A stretch of DNA of 64,000 nucleotides. It comes from Cenarchaeum sp. Lineage in GTDB: Archaea; Thermoproteota; Nitrososphaeria; Nitrososphaerales; Nitrosopumilaceae. The translations under genes and the position numbers were made by a program. Positions 39,121 through 48,736 of the stretch are shown one piece after another. The DNA is taken from contig OY843768.1 in NCBI GenBank assembly GCA_963693095.2, forward strand, positions 832,001-896,000, in the 5' to 3' direction. Below the pieces are notes generated by a model. That model saw only the letters and a list, made by a program, of their open reading frames with translations, had not been told where the DNA came from and did no database searches. Within the stretch, counting starts at the first letter, position 1, and every line of letters begins with the position of its first letter.

Positions 39121-40053
39121 ATGGAGACGGCGATCAGCGCCCTGCTTGTGTGCGTCGGCCTCGCGCTGCTCTGCTTTGGCGGCAGCAGGCTTGTTGGCGG
39201 GGGCGCATCGATTGCGCGGCGCCTGGGCATGAGCCCGCTAGTCATCGGCATGACTGTGATCGCGTACGGGACGTCGACTCCAGAGCTTGCCGCAAGCATC
39301 GCCGCAGGGACTGAGCACAGCGCGATTGTCCTTGGCAACGTGGTCGGAAGCAACATCGCAAATGTCGGCATGGTCATCGGCGTTGCGGCAATCATGGCAC
39401 CACTCGCAATAGGCAGGCAGACGCTGCGCAGGGAGGTTCCCCTCATGCTGGGCTTCTCTGCCCTCCTTGTCATCATGTCGATCGACGGCGAGATCTCGCA
39501 CGTTGACGGCGCGCTCCTTGTCGCCGCACTAGTCGCATTTACCGTGTACGTATGCGGCACGTCAAGAAAAAAACAGCGCACACCAGAGCCTGACACTGAC
39601 ACAAATCCAATGTCCACGCCAAGGTCGCTGGCATACATTGCAATCGGGGTTGCGGCACTCTATGTCGGCGCAACGCTCACCATAGACAATGCCGTTGTCC
39701 TAGCCGAGAACTTTGGGCTCTCAGAGAGGGTAATCGGCATAACGGTAGTCGCAATAGGCACGTCACTTCCGGAGCTCATAACATCAGTGATAGCAATTCG
39801 CAAGGGACAGACTGACATTGGGGTCGGCAACATCATCGGGAGCAACATTTGCAACGTGCTCCTGATCGTCGGCGTGGCATCGGCCGCATTCACCATACAG
39901 GTTGACAGCGAGATGTTTGTCGACTATGCCATAATGATCGCGTTTGGCGCTGCACTCCTCATCGCCGTGCGCACGGGGATGATCAGAAAGGTCCACGGGA
40001 TAGGCGCAGTGGTCACATATGCCGTGTACCTTGGCACCCTGGCCGTGCGCTAG
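39121..40053 (+). CDS. Ca2+/Na+ antiporter (YrbG/CaCA family)
   Basis: Duplicated alpha-repeats GTSTPE..GNVVGSN and GTSLPE..GNIIGSN. Confidence 0.94.
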   Translation: METAISALLVCVGLALLCFGGSRLVGGGASIARRLGMSPLVIGMTVIAYGTSTPELAASIAAGTEHSAIVLGNVVGSNIANVGMVIGVAAIMAPLAIGRQTLRREVPLMLGFSALLVIMSIDGEISHVDGALLVAALVAFTVYVCGTSRKKQRTPEPDTDTNPMSTPRSLAYIAIGVAALYVGATLTIDNAVVLAENFGLSERVIGITVVAIGTSLPELITSVIAIRKGQTDIGVGNIIGSNICNVLLIVGVASAAFTIQVDSEMFVDYAIMIAFGAALLIAVRTGMIRKVHGIGAVVTYAVYLGTLAVR

Positions 40054-40103
40054 CGCGCAAACAACGCTGAGAATGAACCGAAAAATGGTGGGATAACCTG
40101 TCC

Positions 40104-40451
40104 CTACCTGAACGTCCTTACTTTCCTCACGATCTTGTTGTGGTCAAAGCTCGGGGAGCATGTGACGTACAGGAGGTGGTTGCGACCCGCTGGCATGACT
40201 AGTCTCTTGACCTTGTCATACTCGGCGACGGTGTACTTGCACGCCCCGAGCTTGCGCGCAAGGCTTTTGCGCTTTTTCATGTTCTGCGCTGATGCGCGCA
40301 GAGATGCCTTGCTCTCACTCGGCGTCAAGATGTTCTTGACTGACTTGCGACGTGCGTGGTACACGAGCTTGCCGCTCATGTCACAGATGCTAGCCACCCT
40401 TATCGAGGGGCTGATCTTTAGGACACGCTCTACGGCTTCCTGTGCCTCCAT
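40104..40451 (-). CDS. thaumarchaeal roadblock-like protein (DUF6659-like)
   Basis: IRVASICDMSGKL, LGACKYTVAEYDKVKR. Confidence 0.7.
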   Translation of the reverse strand: MEAQEAVERVLKISPSIRVASICDMSGKLVYHARRKSVKNILTPSESKASLRASAQNMKKRKSLARKLGACKYTVAEYDKVKRLVMPAGRNHLLYVTCSPSFDHNKIVRKVRTFR

Positions 40452-40520
40452 GCCCGAGCCGCAGGCCTGTCAAGTCATAAAGGTTGCGCTGTGGGCCGCT
40501 CCTGCGCACGCGTGGGCCGC

Positions 40521-41018
40521 CTAGGGCGTGCGGCACTGGCCAGAGAGCGTGGCCGACGTGGCATATATCGAGACTCCCAGCGCGGCTATCGCCGCAAGGC
40601 GGAGCGGCACGTCATACTCGGAGAGAAACGACGCCGTCGCCGAGCCTGCCGCGCCAAGCGAGGTTGCCAGGGCAAGCGTTATGGGACCACAGCTGCACGC
40701 GCCGGCGAAGACGCCCACGGTGGCCCCCGCCATGCCGCCGGCGATTCCGCGGCGTGCGGCACGGGCGACTATGATCGAGTGGATGCCCATGGGAACCGCC
40801 ATCGCCGAGAGTGCCGACATTACCACGATTATGGCAAGGCCTGCCACGCCGCCCTCTGGAACGTGCGCGATGAGATACGGCTCAATGAACACATAGTCAG
40901 CCGTCAAGAGCATGAGGTGGAGCATTGCCGCAAACACGCCAATGGCCATTGCAACATTTGCGCGCCGCGCAAAGACCATGCGCGTGGCCTGTGCGACCAT
41001 TCGCACGCTGCGTGCCAT
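40521..41018 (-). CDS. membrane protein with GACSC motif
   Basis: About four hydrophobic helices, AGACSCG, C-terminal Cys. Confidence 0.7.
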   Translation of the reverse strand: MARSVRMVAQATRMVFARRANVAMAIGVFAAMLHLMLLTADYVFIEPYLIAHVPEGGVAGLAIIVVMSALSAMAVPMGIHSIIVARAARRGIAGGMAGATVGVFAGACSCGPITLALATSLGAAGSATASFLSEYDVPLRLAAIAALGVSIYATSATLSGQCRTP

Positions 41019-41020
41019 GG

Positions 41021-41197
41021 CTAGCGCCTTCGAAAAACGCCTAGCAGTCGCGATATTGCAGAGTCGATTGGGCATGACTCGCCACCGCCGGCATGGCGCT
41101 CGACGTGGCGTTCGTACTCTGGCCTAGAGCCAAACACCTTGTCACACTTGTCGCAATAGATCTTTTGTGGGCGTGAGCGCTCCCCGTTGTCTTCCAT
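41021..41197 (-). CDS. 58-aa C2H2 zinc-finger microprotein (absent from ORF track)
   Basis: MEDNGERSRPQKIYCDKCDKVFGSRPEYERHVERHAGGGESCPIDSAISRLLGVFRRR; TTATAA at 41222-41227. Confidence 0.78.
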   Translation of the reverse strand: MEDNGERSRPQKIYCDKCDKVFGSRPEYERHVERHAGGGESCPIDSAISRLLGVFRRR

Positions 41198-41275
41198 CAC
41201 GCCCTCGAGCGCATGTCCCCCTTATAACCATACTTGAGCGTTCACGCACGTCAAGTGTCCCATGCGCCAACTGCC

Positions 41276-41644
41276 TCAGAGATAGTGTATTCGCTTGTGC
41301 GCATTGTACTCTACCTCGTATCCGGTGACAAACCCGCAGTGGGGGCATGAGAACATGTGGTCCTGCGTGCTCTCGGCACGCTCGATGGACTTGCCCGTAA
41401 GCGAGTGCACGCTGACCGTGTTGCCTCGCGCAAGGACAGAATAGTTGCGCGTCTCGCCTATCGAGTCCATGTACCCCTTTACTGCCGTGATGGCCTCAGT
41501 CATGTCTAGCGCGTCATTGTCGTCTATGGGGGAGAGCACAAATTCGTGCAGCTTTATCGCCGGAATGGCGCCGAGCTGGTCGGCGACATACACGGCCAGC
41601 TCGTGCTTTATGGCCTCAACGTCGTGGCAGTCCACCGTTATCAT
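41276..41644 (-). CDS. protein with C-terminal C2H2 zinc finger
   Basis: FSCPHCGFVT...AHKRIHYL. Confidence 0.8.
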   Translation of the reverse strand: MITVDCHDVEAIKHELAVYVADQLGAIPAIKLHEFVLSPIDDNDALDMTEAITAVKGYMDSIGETRNYSVLARGNTVSVHSLTGKSIERAESTQDHMFSCPHCGFVTGYEVEYNAHKRIHYL

Positions 41645-41727
41645 CAGCGGCCCCTCCTGCCATGGGCGTATTTTAGTCTAGGGCGCACCGCACACCATTA
41701 TATCTGCCCCGCGCGCCGTCCTGCCAC

Positions 41728-42114
41728 ATGGGCGGCGCGGAGTCCTTTGGGGCGCAGGAGGGCCACGGCGAGCGCGTCGTCGAGTGGATAAACGCGTATG
41801 CGGCCAAGGGCGGGCTAAAGCTGGAGGCGCGCCTGTACGGCCACACGGTCCGGACGCAGAACTTTGGGTCATTTGAGATGTTCTCATGGGTCGGCGACGT
41901 CAAGGCGGCGCGGCGCGCAGTCGTGCGGGCAAGCAAGCGCTTCCGCGTGAGGGTCATCGAGGGCGGATACAAGACTAGGGAGAGCATACTGAGCACAAGG
42001 CGAGTCGACTATGCGATGGTCAGGGACGGCGAGCGAACCGTCGGGAGGCTAAAGTTCGAGGCGCCGCTGCTCGGAAACAGGCCATGGAAGCTGTGTGCCG
42101 AGGAGTCGCGCTAG
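41728..42114 (+). CDS. hypothetical protein
   Basis: 128-aa ORF with TTATAT upstream; fills the gap between neighbouring genes. Confidence 0.7.
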   Translation: MGGAESFGAQEGHGERVVEWINAYAAKGGLKLEARLYGHTVRTQNFGSFEMFSWVGDVKAARRAVVRASKRFRVRVIEGGYKTRESILSTRRVDYAMVRDGERTVGRLKFEAPLLGNRPWKLCAEESR

Positions 42115-42196
42115 GGCAAGGCCATGTCGCGTGGAGTTTTTGCGCTCGTGTGGTGCAGGCTGCCCAAACGACTAAAATAAGATCACAGGCGAGCCG

Positions 42197-43078
42197 ATGT
42201 CCATGAAGGTCGGCATTGTAGGGACGGGGATGCTAGGCGAGGCAGTCGCGCTTCGCCTCATCGAGCGCGGCCATACGCTCGCAGCGTACAACCGCACGCG
42301 CGAGAGGACATTGCGGCTCGCAGATGCCGGCGCGAAAGTCATGGAGAGCGCAAAAGACGTCGCGGCCGCATCAGACATTGCCATAGTGTGCGTCACAGAC
42401 GCAGACGCGGTCCGCAGTGTCACGTTTGGGGATGGCGGCCTGGCCTCTGGCGCGCATGACGCCCTGGTCATCGCAGACATGAGCACGATTAGTCCAGTGG
42501 ACTCGCGCGAGATTGCGCAGAGGCTTGCAGCAGAGTTTGGCATAAAGATGATCGGCATTCCCGTCATGGGCGGGCCGGACGCGGCGGCGGCCGGCACGCT
42601 CGTCGTCATGGCAGACGGGGACAGGGACGCATACACGGCGTGCGAGGGCGTGCTCCGCGACGTTGGCCAGGAGGTCCACCACCTAGGCAAGAACGGCACG
42701 GCACACACGGTAAAGCTTGCGATGAACCTGCAGATAGCGTCCCTGGCACTCTCGATATCAGAGGGCATAGAGATAACGAGGCGCGGTGGCGTGGATCCCG
42801 AGACGTTTCTAACGGTGCTAAACTCGACATACTTTGGAACGGGCATGAGCCGCAAAAAGGCCCACAGGATGGCGCGTGGCGAGTACACGCCAACGTTCCT
42901 GCTGCGCAACCTAGAGAAGGACCTCGGCATAATTACGCGCTTTGCCGAATCACGCGGCGCAGCGCTTCCGGGGGCAGGCAACATACTCAGGGTATACCGC
43001 GACGCGGTGAATGCGGGGCATGGGGACCTTGACTATACGGGGATACTGCGCCACATTGGTGGCACATCAGACGACTAG
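42197..43078 (+). CDS. NAD(P)-dependent 3-hydroxyisobutyrate dehydrogenase-family oxidoreductase
   Basis: GIVGTGMLG, DMSTISP, PVMGG, KLAMN, KDL. Confidence 0.92.
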   Translation: MSMKVGIVGTGMLGEAVALRLIERGHTLAAYNRTRERTLRLADAGAKVMESAKDVAAASDIAIVCVTDADAVRSVTFGDGGLASGAHDALVIADMSTISPVDSREIAQRLAAEFGIKMIGIPVMGGPDAAAAGTLVVMADGDRDAYTACEGVLRDVGQEVHHLGKNGTAHTVKLAMNLQIASLALSISEGIEITRRGGVDPETFLTVLNSTYFGTGMSRKKAHRMARGEYTPTFLLRNLEKDLGIITRFAESRGAALPGAGNILRVYRDAVNAGHGDLDYTGILRHIGGTSDD

Positions 43079-43642
43079 GCCAGCCCTGGCCGCGCGCGCA
43101 ATGGTGCGCGCGACACGCAACGGTTCGGGAATCGCACCATGCCGCGTGAACGAGCCAAGTATTGCCGCAGCGTCATTGCAAGTGCATCCCGCGCGCACCA
43201 CAAAAACATCATGGCCCGTGTGCAGCCTCATGCGCTCCCTAGTCGGCATGGAGGCATACTCGGCGAGCCGTTGAGCCGGCGACTCAAAGTGATGCCTTAT
43301 TGCCCCGTCGAGTCCGCCTGACTCGCGGTACGTCACGCCTATCGCCGGCACCTGCGTAAGCTCGGCCAGGCGCTCCACGTTGATGACATTGTACATCGAT
43401 ATGAGGAGGCCAGAGACCATTGTGCACGATATGTCGCACCTGTCAAGGCGCGAGTGCATCGCCGCAATGGCCTCAGTCGCGTCATCGCCGGACACAGTGG
43501 AGCCGCCAATGACGGCGCCGTCGACTGTTCCGTCACGGCGCATGACGACGCCGGCGAGCGTTGACGTCGTGTCCCCCGGCCCAAAGCTCTCGGCGACGCC
43601 GAGGCAGCGAAGCCCGCGCTTTTCTGCATGGAGGCGCCTAAT
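43067..43642 (-). CDS. DUF99 family protein (endonuclease dU-like)
   Basis: LGVAESF, GDDAT, YNVIN, PEPLRVA; start codon uncertain (possibly ATT). Confidence 0.82.
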   Translation of the reverse strand: MRRLHAEKRGLRCLGVAESFGPGDTTSTLAGVVMRRDGTVDGAVIGGSTVSGDDATEAIAAMHSRLDRCDISCTMVSGLLISMYNVINVERLAELTQVPAIGVTYRESGGLDGAIRHHFESPAQRLAEYASMPTRERMRLHTGHDVFVVRAGCTCNDAAAILGSFTRHGAIPEPLRVARTIARAARAGLVV

Positions 43643-43748
43643 GGAAGACGCGCCTCCGGTATGTCCTGTATGCCAGGCCGGATGCGGCCACCATGGCCGC
43701 CGATATTGCAGACCATATGAGGAGCGACAGCGCATCAGGGTGTTGCAT
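43638..43748 (-). CDS. 36-aa single-TM microprotein
   Basis: MQHPDALSLLIWSAISAAMVAASGLAYRTYRRRVFH, a TM helix followed by a basic patch; ATAAATA upstream. Confidence 0.55.
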   Translation of the reverse strand: MQHPDALSLLIWSAISAAMVAASGLAYRTYRRRVFH

Positions 43749-43858
43749 CGGCACGGCGGCAAACTCCCGTCGCAGATATTTATGTTCGCTAGGCTGTGCG
43801 TGCCGGGGCGCTCGGCGCCCCAATACTGCTAAATATGCGCGCATTGGCCCTGTGCGCC

Positions 43859-44068
43859 ATGCCCGAGGCGATATGCGCAGAGTGCGGAAAGCGCATGTAC
43901 CACGAGAACGAGACGACGCTCAAGATAGAGGAGTCCGTCCACAAAAAGTTCTGCCGAAAGGAGGACGGCAGCTCGCACAGCTATATGCACAGGGCAGCGT
44001 ATGCCGACGAGCCGTTTGATGCCGAGCGCTCATCGGACACAAAGGGCTCCCCCGTGCTAAAGAGGTAG
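43859..44068 (+). CDS. small hypothetical protein with CxxC and HxxxC
   Basis: MPEAICAECGK...VHKKFC; TAAATA upstream. Confidence 0.6.
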   Translation: MPEAICAECGKRMYHENETTLKIEESVHKKFCRKEDGSSHSYMHRAAYADEPFDAERSSDTKGSPVLKR

Positions 44069-44106
44069 CCCACAGCACCCATGAATATATTCAGGCTCGC
44101 CTGGGC

Positions 44107-45318
44107 TTGCGCGTGATGAATTCATACGATGTCGTTGTTGCCGGTGCCGGTCCGGCAGGCTCCTCGGCCGCACGTGCCGCAGCACTCGAGGGCGCAAGCG
44201 TTGCCCTCCTAGAGCGCGAGGCCGACGTTGCGCGAACCGTCCGGACCAGTGGCGTGACGTGGATGGACTCGGTCAGGGAGTTTGGGATTCCGCGCGACTG
44301 CTACCATCCGGTCCGCAACTATGCGTTCTTTTCGCCGGGCAACGAGGTCACCGTGAGCGACACGGAGGCACGCGCAGCGGTCCTTGACGTGCGCCGCACA
44401 TACAGGTGGCTAGCCGCTCGGGCGCAGGAGGCCGGCGCGCGCCTGTTCACCAGAACCGGCGTCACGCGCGCCATTGTCAATGGCAGTGCCGTGTGCGGCG
44501 TGCATGCGTCCTCGGATGCCGGTCCGGCAGAGTTTCGCGCGCGCATGACAGTCGACGCTACAGGGTTCCAGTCCACCGTCGCGCGCAGCGCACAAGCGGT
44601 TCACAAGTGGGACAGGTTTGGGGTCGGCGCCGAGTGGGAGGCCCACGCCGAGGGCGCCGATGAGGACACGTGGTGGCTCATGGTCGGCAGCGACTATTCG
44701 CCTGCCGGATACGCGTGGGTCTTTCCGCTAGGCGGCGACATGGTCAGGATTGGCGTTGGGATCGCAAAGCCCGAGTCCGGCGAAGATGCGGCCGCCAGGC
44801 TTGCGCGCCTCCTAGAGCGCAGGCCCGGACCGCTCTCGCGCCTTGGAAAGGTAAAGCCAGTCGAGTTTCACTATGGCATAATTCCCAATGGCGGAGTCGC
44901 GCGCAAGACGGTCCACGACGGCCTCATCCTTGCGGGCGACACGGCCGGACAGGCAAACCCGCTTGTCCTAGAGGGCATACGCTATGCGATACGGTATGGC
45001 GCAGCAGCCGGCAGTGCCGCTGCGCGCGCTGCAGCAGATGGGGATGTCTCGCAGGCGGCCATTGAGCACTATGAAAAGTCATGGAGACGCGAGATTGCAT
45101 CAAAGATACGCGCCGCCTCGCGCGTGCAGTCGCGCTGGCTTGGACTAGATGACAGGGGGTGGGATGACGAGCTAGAGACGATACGCGCGCTCTCGGCTGA
45201 CGAGTTTCTTGACTTTGTGAGGGCAGACTTTGGGCTAGGATACGTCGCGCGCCTTGCCGTCTCGCACCCGCGCCTTGCGGTGCGACAGCTAGTCAGGCTC
45301 GTTGGCGACTCGCTCTAG
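44107..45318 (+). CDS. geranylgeranyl reductase-family FAD oxidoreductase
   Basis: DVVVAGAGPAG, VDATG, GYAWVFP, GDTAGQANPL..EGI. Confidence 0.9.
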   Translation: MRVMNSYDVVVAGAGPAGSSAARAAALEGASVALLEREADVARTVRTSGVTWMDSVREFGIPRDCYHPVRNYAFFSPGNEVTVSDTEARAAVLDVRRTYRWLAARAQEAGARLFTRTGVTRAIVNGSAVCGVHASSDAGPAEFRARMTVDATGFQSTVARSAQAVHKWDRFGVGAEWEAHAEGADEDTWWLMVGSDYSPAGYAWVFPLGGDMVRIGVGIAKPESGEDAAARLARLLERRPGPLSRLGKVKPVEFHYGIIPNGGVARKTVHDGLILAGDTAGQANPLVLEGIRYAIRYGAAAGSAAARAAADGDVSQAAIEHYEKSWRREIASKIRAASRVQSRWLGLDDRGWDDELETIRALSADEFLDFVRADFGLGYVARLAVSHPRLAVRQLVRLVGDSL

Positions 45319-48317
45319 CGACTAACGGTGAAAAAGTCCGAGACGCGCAGGTCATGGTATGAGAGGAGCACGACGTGCGTGCCGGGCTCAAAGCTGCGCA
45401 CAAGGCTCTGCGAGAACGAGCCATTAGAGTCGTCGGTAAGTGCCACAGTCGTCACTAGGTCCCCGGACTGGTCAAAGATGTCGACATAGAGGTCCTCGGG
45501 GAAGGCGATCGACTTTTTGATCGCGCCCTCTAGGAGGAGGCCGCCCTGGCCATAGTCGGCGCGTATTGCCGCCTCGGGGGAGCGCTGCGGGAGGTAGCGC
45601 TCTATGAGCGCGCGCAGCTCGGCGACCTTGGAGCGGGCCTCGTTCTCGTCCCTGTCTAGGATGGCCTCCTCGGCGTCGGCGACCACAGGCCCTATGCGCC
45701 CGATGTTTGACTGGTATCGCTCACCGCCAAACCCGCGCATGAACTCACGCAGGTCAAAGAGGTCACGCGAGGAGGAAATGAGGCCAGAGCCGCCCGAGAG
45801 GTCCTGGCGCGCGATCCTGTCATCTGCAGTGCCGAGATCGTACGGAATGTACACAATGTTGGCCGATATCGTGTTGCGGTAGCCAAGCTCGGCAATGTAT
45901 ATGCCCGGCTCGCCAGGGCCGTTCCACGGTATGGAGAACGCCCCGTGCCTTGTGTCGCTGAACTCGAGCTCGCTGTGGAGCGTGTTGTTGGCGTTGAGAA
46001 CCGTGATCGATATGTCCTCTCTCCGGTCAAAGGCCTGCTTTTCGACAAACCCGTTTATCATCCACGTGCGCGTAGCCTCGTCGCGCTCTATGTCAAATAT
46101 CACGCTATTGTGCTTCATGCTAAGGTGATCCTGCGCGTATTCGTACGCCCGTGTTATCCACTCTTGCGCGTCCACAAAGTTGCCGTGCTCAGTGAACTCT
46201 GCTGCCCTGTCAAGGATAAGGCGCATCTCACGCGCCTCTTCTGTCCCGTTAACGAGGAACCGTTCCGCAATGCCCTGGAGCGCATCCACCTGCTCGGTGT
46301 ATGCGCGCCGGCGGACATCGACAATCCCATAGTCGTCTGACGACGGTGGAGCATCGCGATATGCGGCGTCCACCTCGATCCACTCTGCGCGCGCGTTTCG
46401 CACAATGTCATCAGCAAGACGCAGCTCGCCGGATATCACAAGCTCCCTCGCACGCGATATCTTTTGCTTTACCTCATCAACATAGTCTGAATATCCGGGC
46501 ACAAACCTCTTTGTGCGCAGACCAATCTCGCCGAGGCTCTCAAGCGAGTTTGCGCGCTCCAGTATGCTCGCAGCACGCCTTGTCTGGTCGACATCGGTGT
46601 TCGAGTTTAGCCGATCCCTGATCGCGCCGGCTTCCTGGGCAACCCACGCCAACAGAACCTCCGCCCTGTCCTGGCGCGCCTCTGTCGGGTTGCCCGAGGA
46701 GAGCTTTTGCGCAAGGTTCAGTATGTTGAGCGCATTGTCAATGTTGGCCAGTGCGGCCCTGTCTGACTGCTGATCCGCCTTTGCGCGCAGCGCACGGTAC
46801 TCCAGCTCCAGCGAGGAGAGCGGGCTGCGCGCTTCGCGCAGGGACTGTATCGAGTCCTCAAACCTTGCCACGACTGCGAGTATGTCATCAAGATTGCCCG
46901 CATCCCTCACGCTTGCGAGCAGGTCAGGCCACTGGCGCGTGATGTCAGTCTCTATGCCGTTGGCGCTCGTGAGCCGTATCACCTGCTCTAGGCGTGAGGA
47001 TATGTCGACGACTCCCTTTATCCTCGTGACATCATCCACACTCCTCATTATGTCCTCAGTCGAGCTCGCCGACCTGATATCCGAGACGATCTTGTTCCAG
47101 TCGGGGCGCAGCAGAATCCCAAGATCGCCGGCCCTGTCCCCATTGACAAAGTTCTCCACCTTGTCGAGGTCACGCAGTGCCATCGCCGCACCATACAGCG
47201 CCGAGGTCTGCGCCTCCAGGGCCACAGTCGCCTCGATCGTCGACGCCGAGGTCACCCGTGGCTTTAGTCCGGCCCAGTCCACCGTTATGAGCCTGTGAAG
47301 ATCGTCATCCTTGCGCTCCACTATGTCAAGATACCTTGCGTGCGTCAGCACGTTGACTAGCGAGTTTAGGCTTTCAATGTGTATGGGGGCAGTCCCGCGC
47401 GACAGGATGAATGACAGGTCAGAGCGAACGTCCTTTGAGAGGAGGGAGCCGCTCTTCATCATCAGGCTAAGAACGGTGGACTCTAGCTCCTCAAACGTCG
47501 GCGGGCGATCCGGAGTCGAGCCGCTTGACGGTTGGGCCGTGCGTATGTCGGTATATGCCTCGTTTATCTTTGCGTATGAGGAGCGCGCGTCGCCGGCCTC
47601 GTGGTACAGGATGGCCGCCCAGAGCAGGTTCCTGATCCCGATTGCGGCATCTGCCGATATAACCGAGTCGCGCTCGAGTGCCCCCGTTGCGTCAATTGCG
47701 TCACGTATGGCGCGTCGCAGCGTCACGTCAAGTCCCTCAAGGGACGAGTCGGTAAAAGAGTCGCCAAGGAGATCCACATAGATCTGCTCGACGGCCTCTA
47801 TCGTGTCAAGTGGCCCAACTAGGGCAAGTGCGCGCGTCGTGTACCATGACGTGTCAAGCCCCTGCGTGCGCGCAATGCGCGCGTCAAGTGCGGCGTGCGC
47901 TGCCCTGAGGGTGTCATCCCCCTCAGGCGCCTCTGCGCCGAGTCCGGAGAGGACGAACGAGGAGGACTGCGAGTGCTCTCCAAAGAATATGCGCACGTCA
48001 TACTCGCCGTCGATGCCGCACAGCGCTCCGCGGAGCGGCACGGCCTTTGTGACAAACTGGCCATCTGAGAGCGGCTGTATCTGCTGTATGCTGCACAGCT
48101 CGCCGCGCGGGTTGGCCACCTGCACGATGACGAACTTTGCCTGCCCTGGCGATGCGAGTATCCCGTGGACAAAGAGGTGGTCGCCCCTGCCATGCTCGCC
48201 GAGGTCCCTGTCCACGATTATTCTGTCAGGTGTCTGCGATGCCGCATATGCGGGCATGAGCAGGAGGAGCGCAAACCCCAAAGTCGACATTCTCGCCCTC
48301 ATTGTGGCAGAGTGCAC
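45315..48317 (-). CDS. large secreted/surface protein (Ig-like plus helical repeats)
   Basis: Signal-peptide-like N-terminus (LGFALLLLMPAYA), three beta-rich modules, central helical region. Confidence 0.75.
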   Translation of the reverse strand: MHSATMRARMSTLGFALLLLMPAYAASQTPDRIIVDRDLGEHGRGDHLFVHGILASPGQAKFVIVQVANPRGELCSIQQIQPLSDGQFVTKAVPLRGALCGIDGEYDVRIFFGEHSQSSSFVLSGLGAEAPEGDDTLRAAHAALDARIARTQGLDTSWYTTRALALVGPLDTIEAVEQIYVDLLGDSFTDSSLEGLDVTLRRAIRDAIDATGALERDSVISADAAIGIRNLLWAAILYHEAGDARSSYAKINEAYTDIRTAQPSSGSTPDRPPTFEELESTVLSLMMKSGSLLSKDVRSDLSFILSRGTAPIHIESLNSLVNVLTHARYLDIVERKDDDLHRLITVDWAGLKPRVTSASTIEATVALEAQTSALYGAAMALRDLDKVENFVNGDRAGDLGILLRPDWNKIVSDIRSASSTEDIMRSVDDVTRIKGVVDISSRLEQVIRLTSANGIETDITRQWPDLLASVRDAGNLDDILAVVARFEDSIQSLREARSPLSSLELEYRALRAKADQQSDRAALANIDNALNILNLAQKLSSGNPTEARQDRAEVLLAWVAQEAGAIRDRLNSNTDVDQTRRAASILERANSLESLGEIGLRTKRFVPGYSDYVDEVKQKISRARELVISGELRLADDIVRNARAEWIEVDAAYRDAPPSSDDYGIVDVRRRAYTEQVDALQGIAERFLVNGTEEAREMRLILDRAAEFTEHGNFVDAQEWITRAYEYAQDHLSMKHNSVIFDIERDEATRTWMINGFVEKQAFDRREDISITVLNANNTLHSELEFSDTRHGAFSIPWNGPGEPGIYIAELGYRNTISANIVYIPYDLGTADDRIARQDLSGGSGLISSSRDLFDLREFMRGFGGERYQSNIGRIGPVVADAEEAILDRDENEARSKVAELRALIERYLPQRSPEAAIRADYGQGGLLLEGAIKKSIAFPEDLYVDIFDQSGDLVTTVALTDDSNGSFSQSLVRSFEPGTHVVLLSYHDLRVSDFFTVSR

Positions 48318-48408
48318 GCTATCTTACTTAAATACTGTGGTGCGTGTGCGGCACCGTCCGTGACCGTCCGTCGTGCTTATTAGGGTCTGCGCGCAAGCCT
48401 GCGCCGGA

Positions 48409-48711
48409 ATGAGATGGGTCAAGGTAGCCGAGCGGGGCTCCGTGGCCAGGGACTCTGGCGCCGAGTTTGACGTGGACGGGACAAAGATAGCCGTCTTTAA
48501 CCATGACGGGATGCATGCCCTAGAGTCGACGTGCGCGCACCAGGACGGCTCGATAGCGCCCGGCGAGATCAAGGACGGCGTAGTCGAGTGCCCCCTGCAC
48601 TTTTGGCATTATGACATAAAGACGGGCAGGCTCCTCGACTATCTCAAGGATGTCAGCCTCAAGACGTACAGGGTCGAGGAGAGAAAGGACGGCATCTACG
48701 TCGAGCTCTAG
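48409..48711 (+). CDS. Rieske [2Fe-2S] ferredoxin
   Basis: CAH...CPLH. Confidence 0.92.
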   Translation: MRWVKVAERGSVARDSGAEFDVDGTKIAVFNHDGMHALESTCAHQDGSIAPGEIKDGVVECPLHFWHYDIKTGRLLDYLKDVSLKTYRVEERKDGIYVEL

Positions 48712-48736
48712 CAGTCACGCCGACGCCCTTGCGGCC

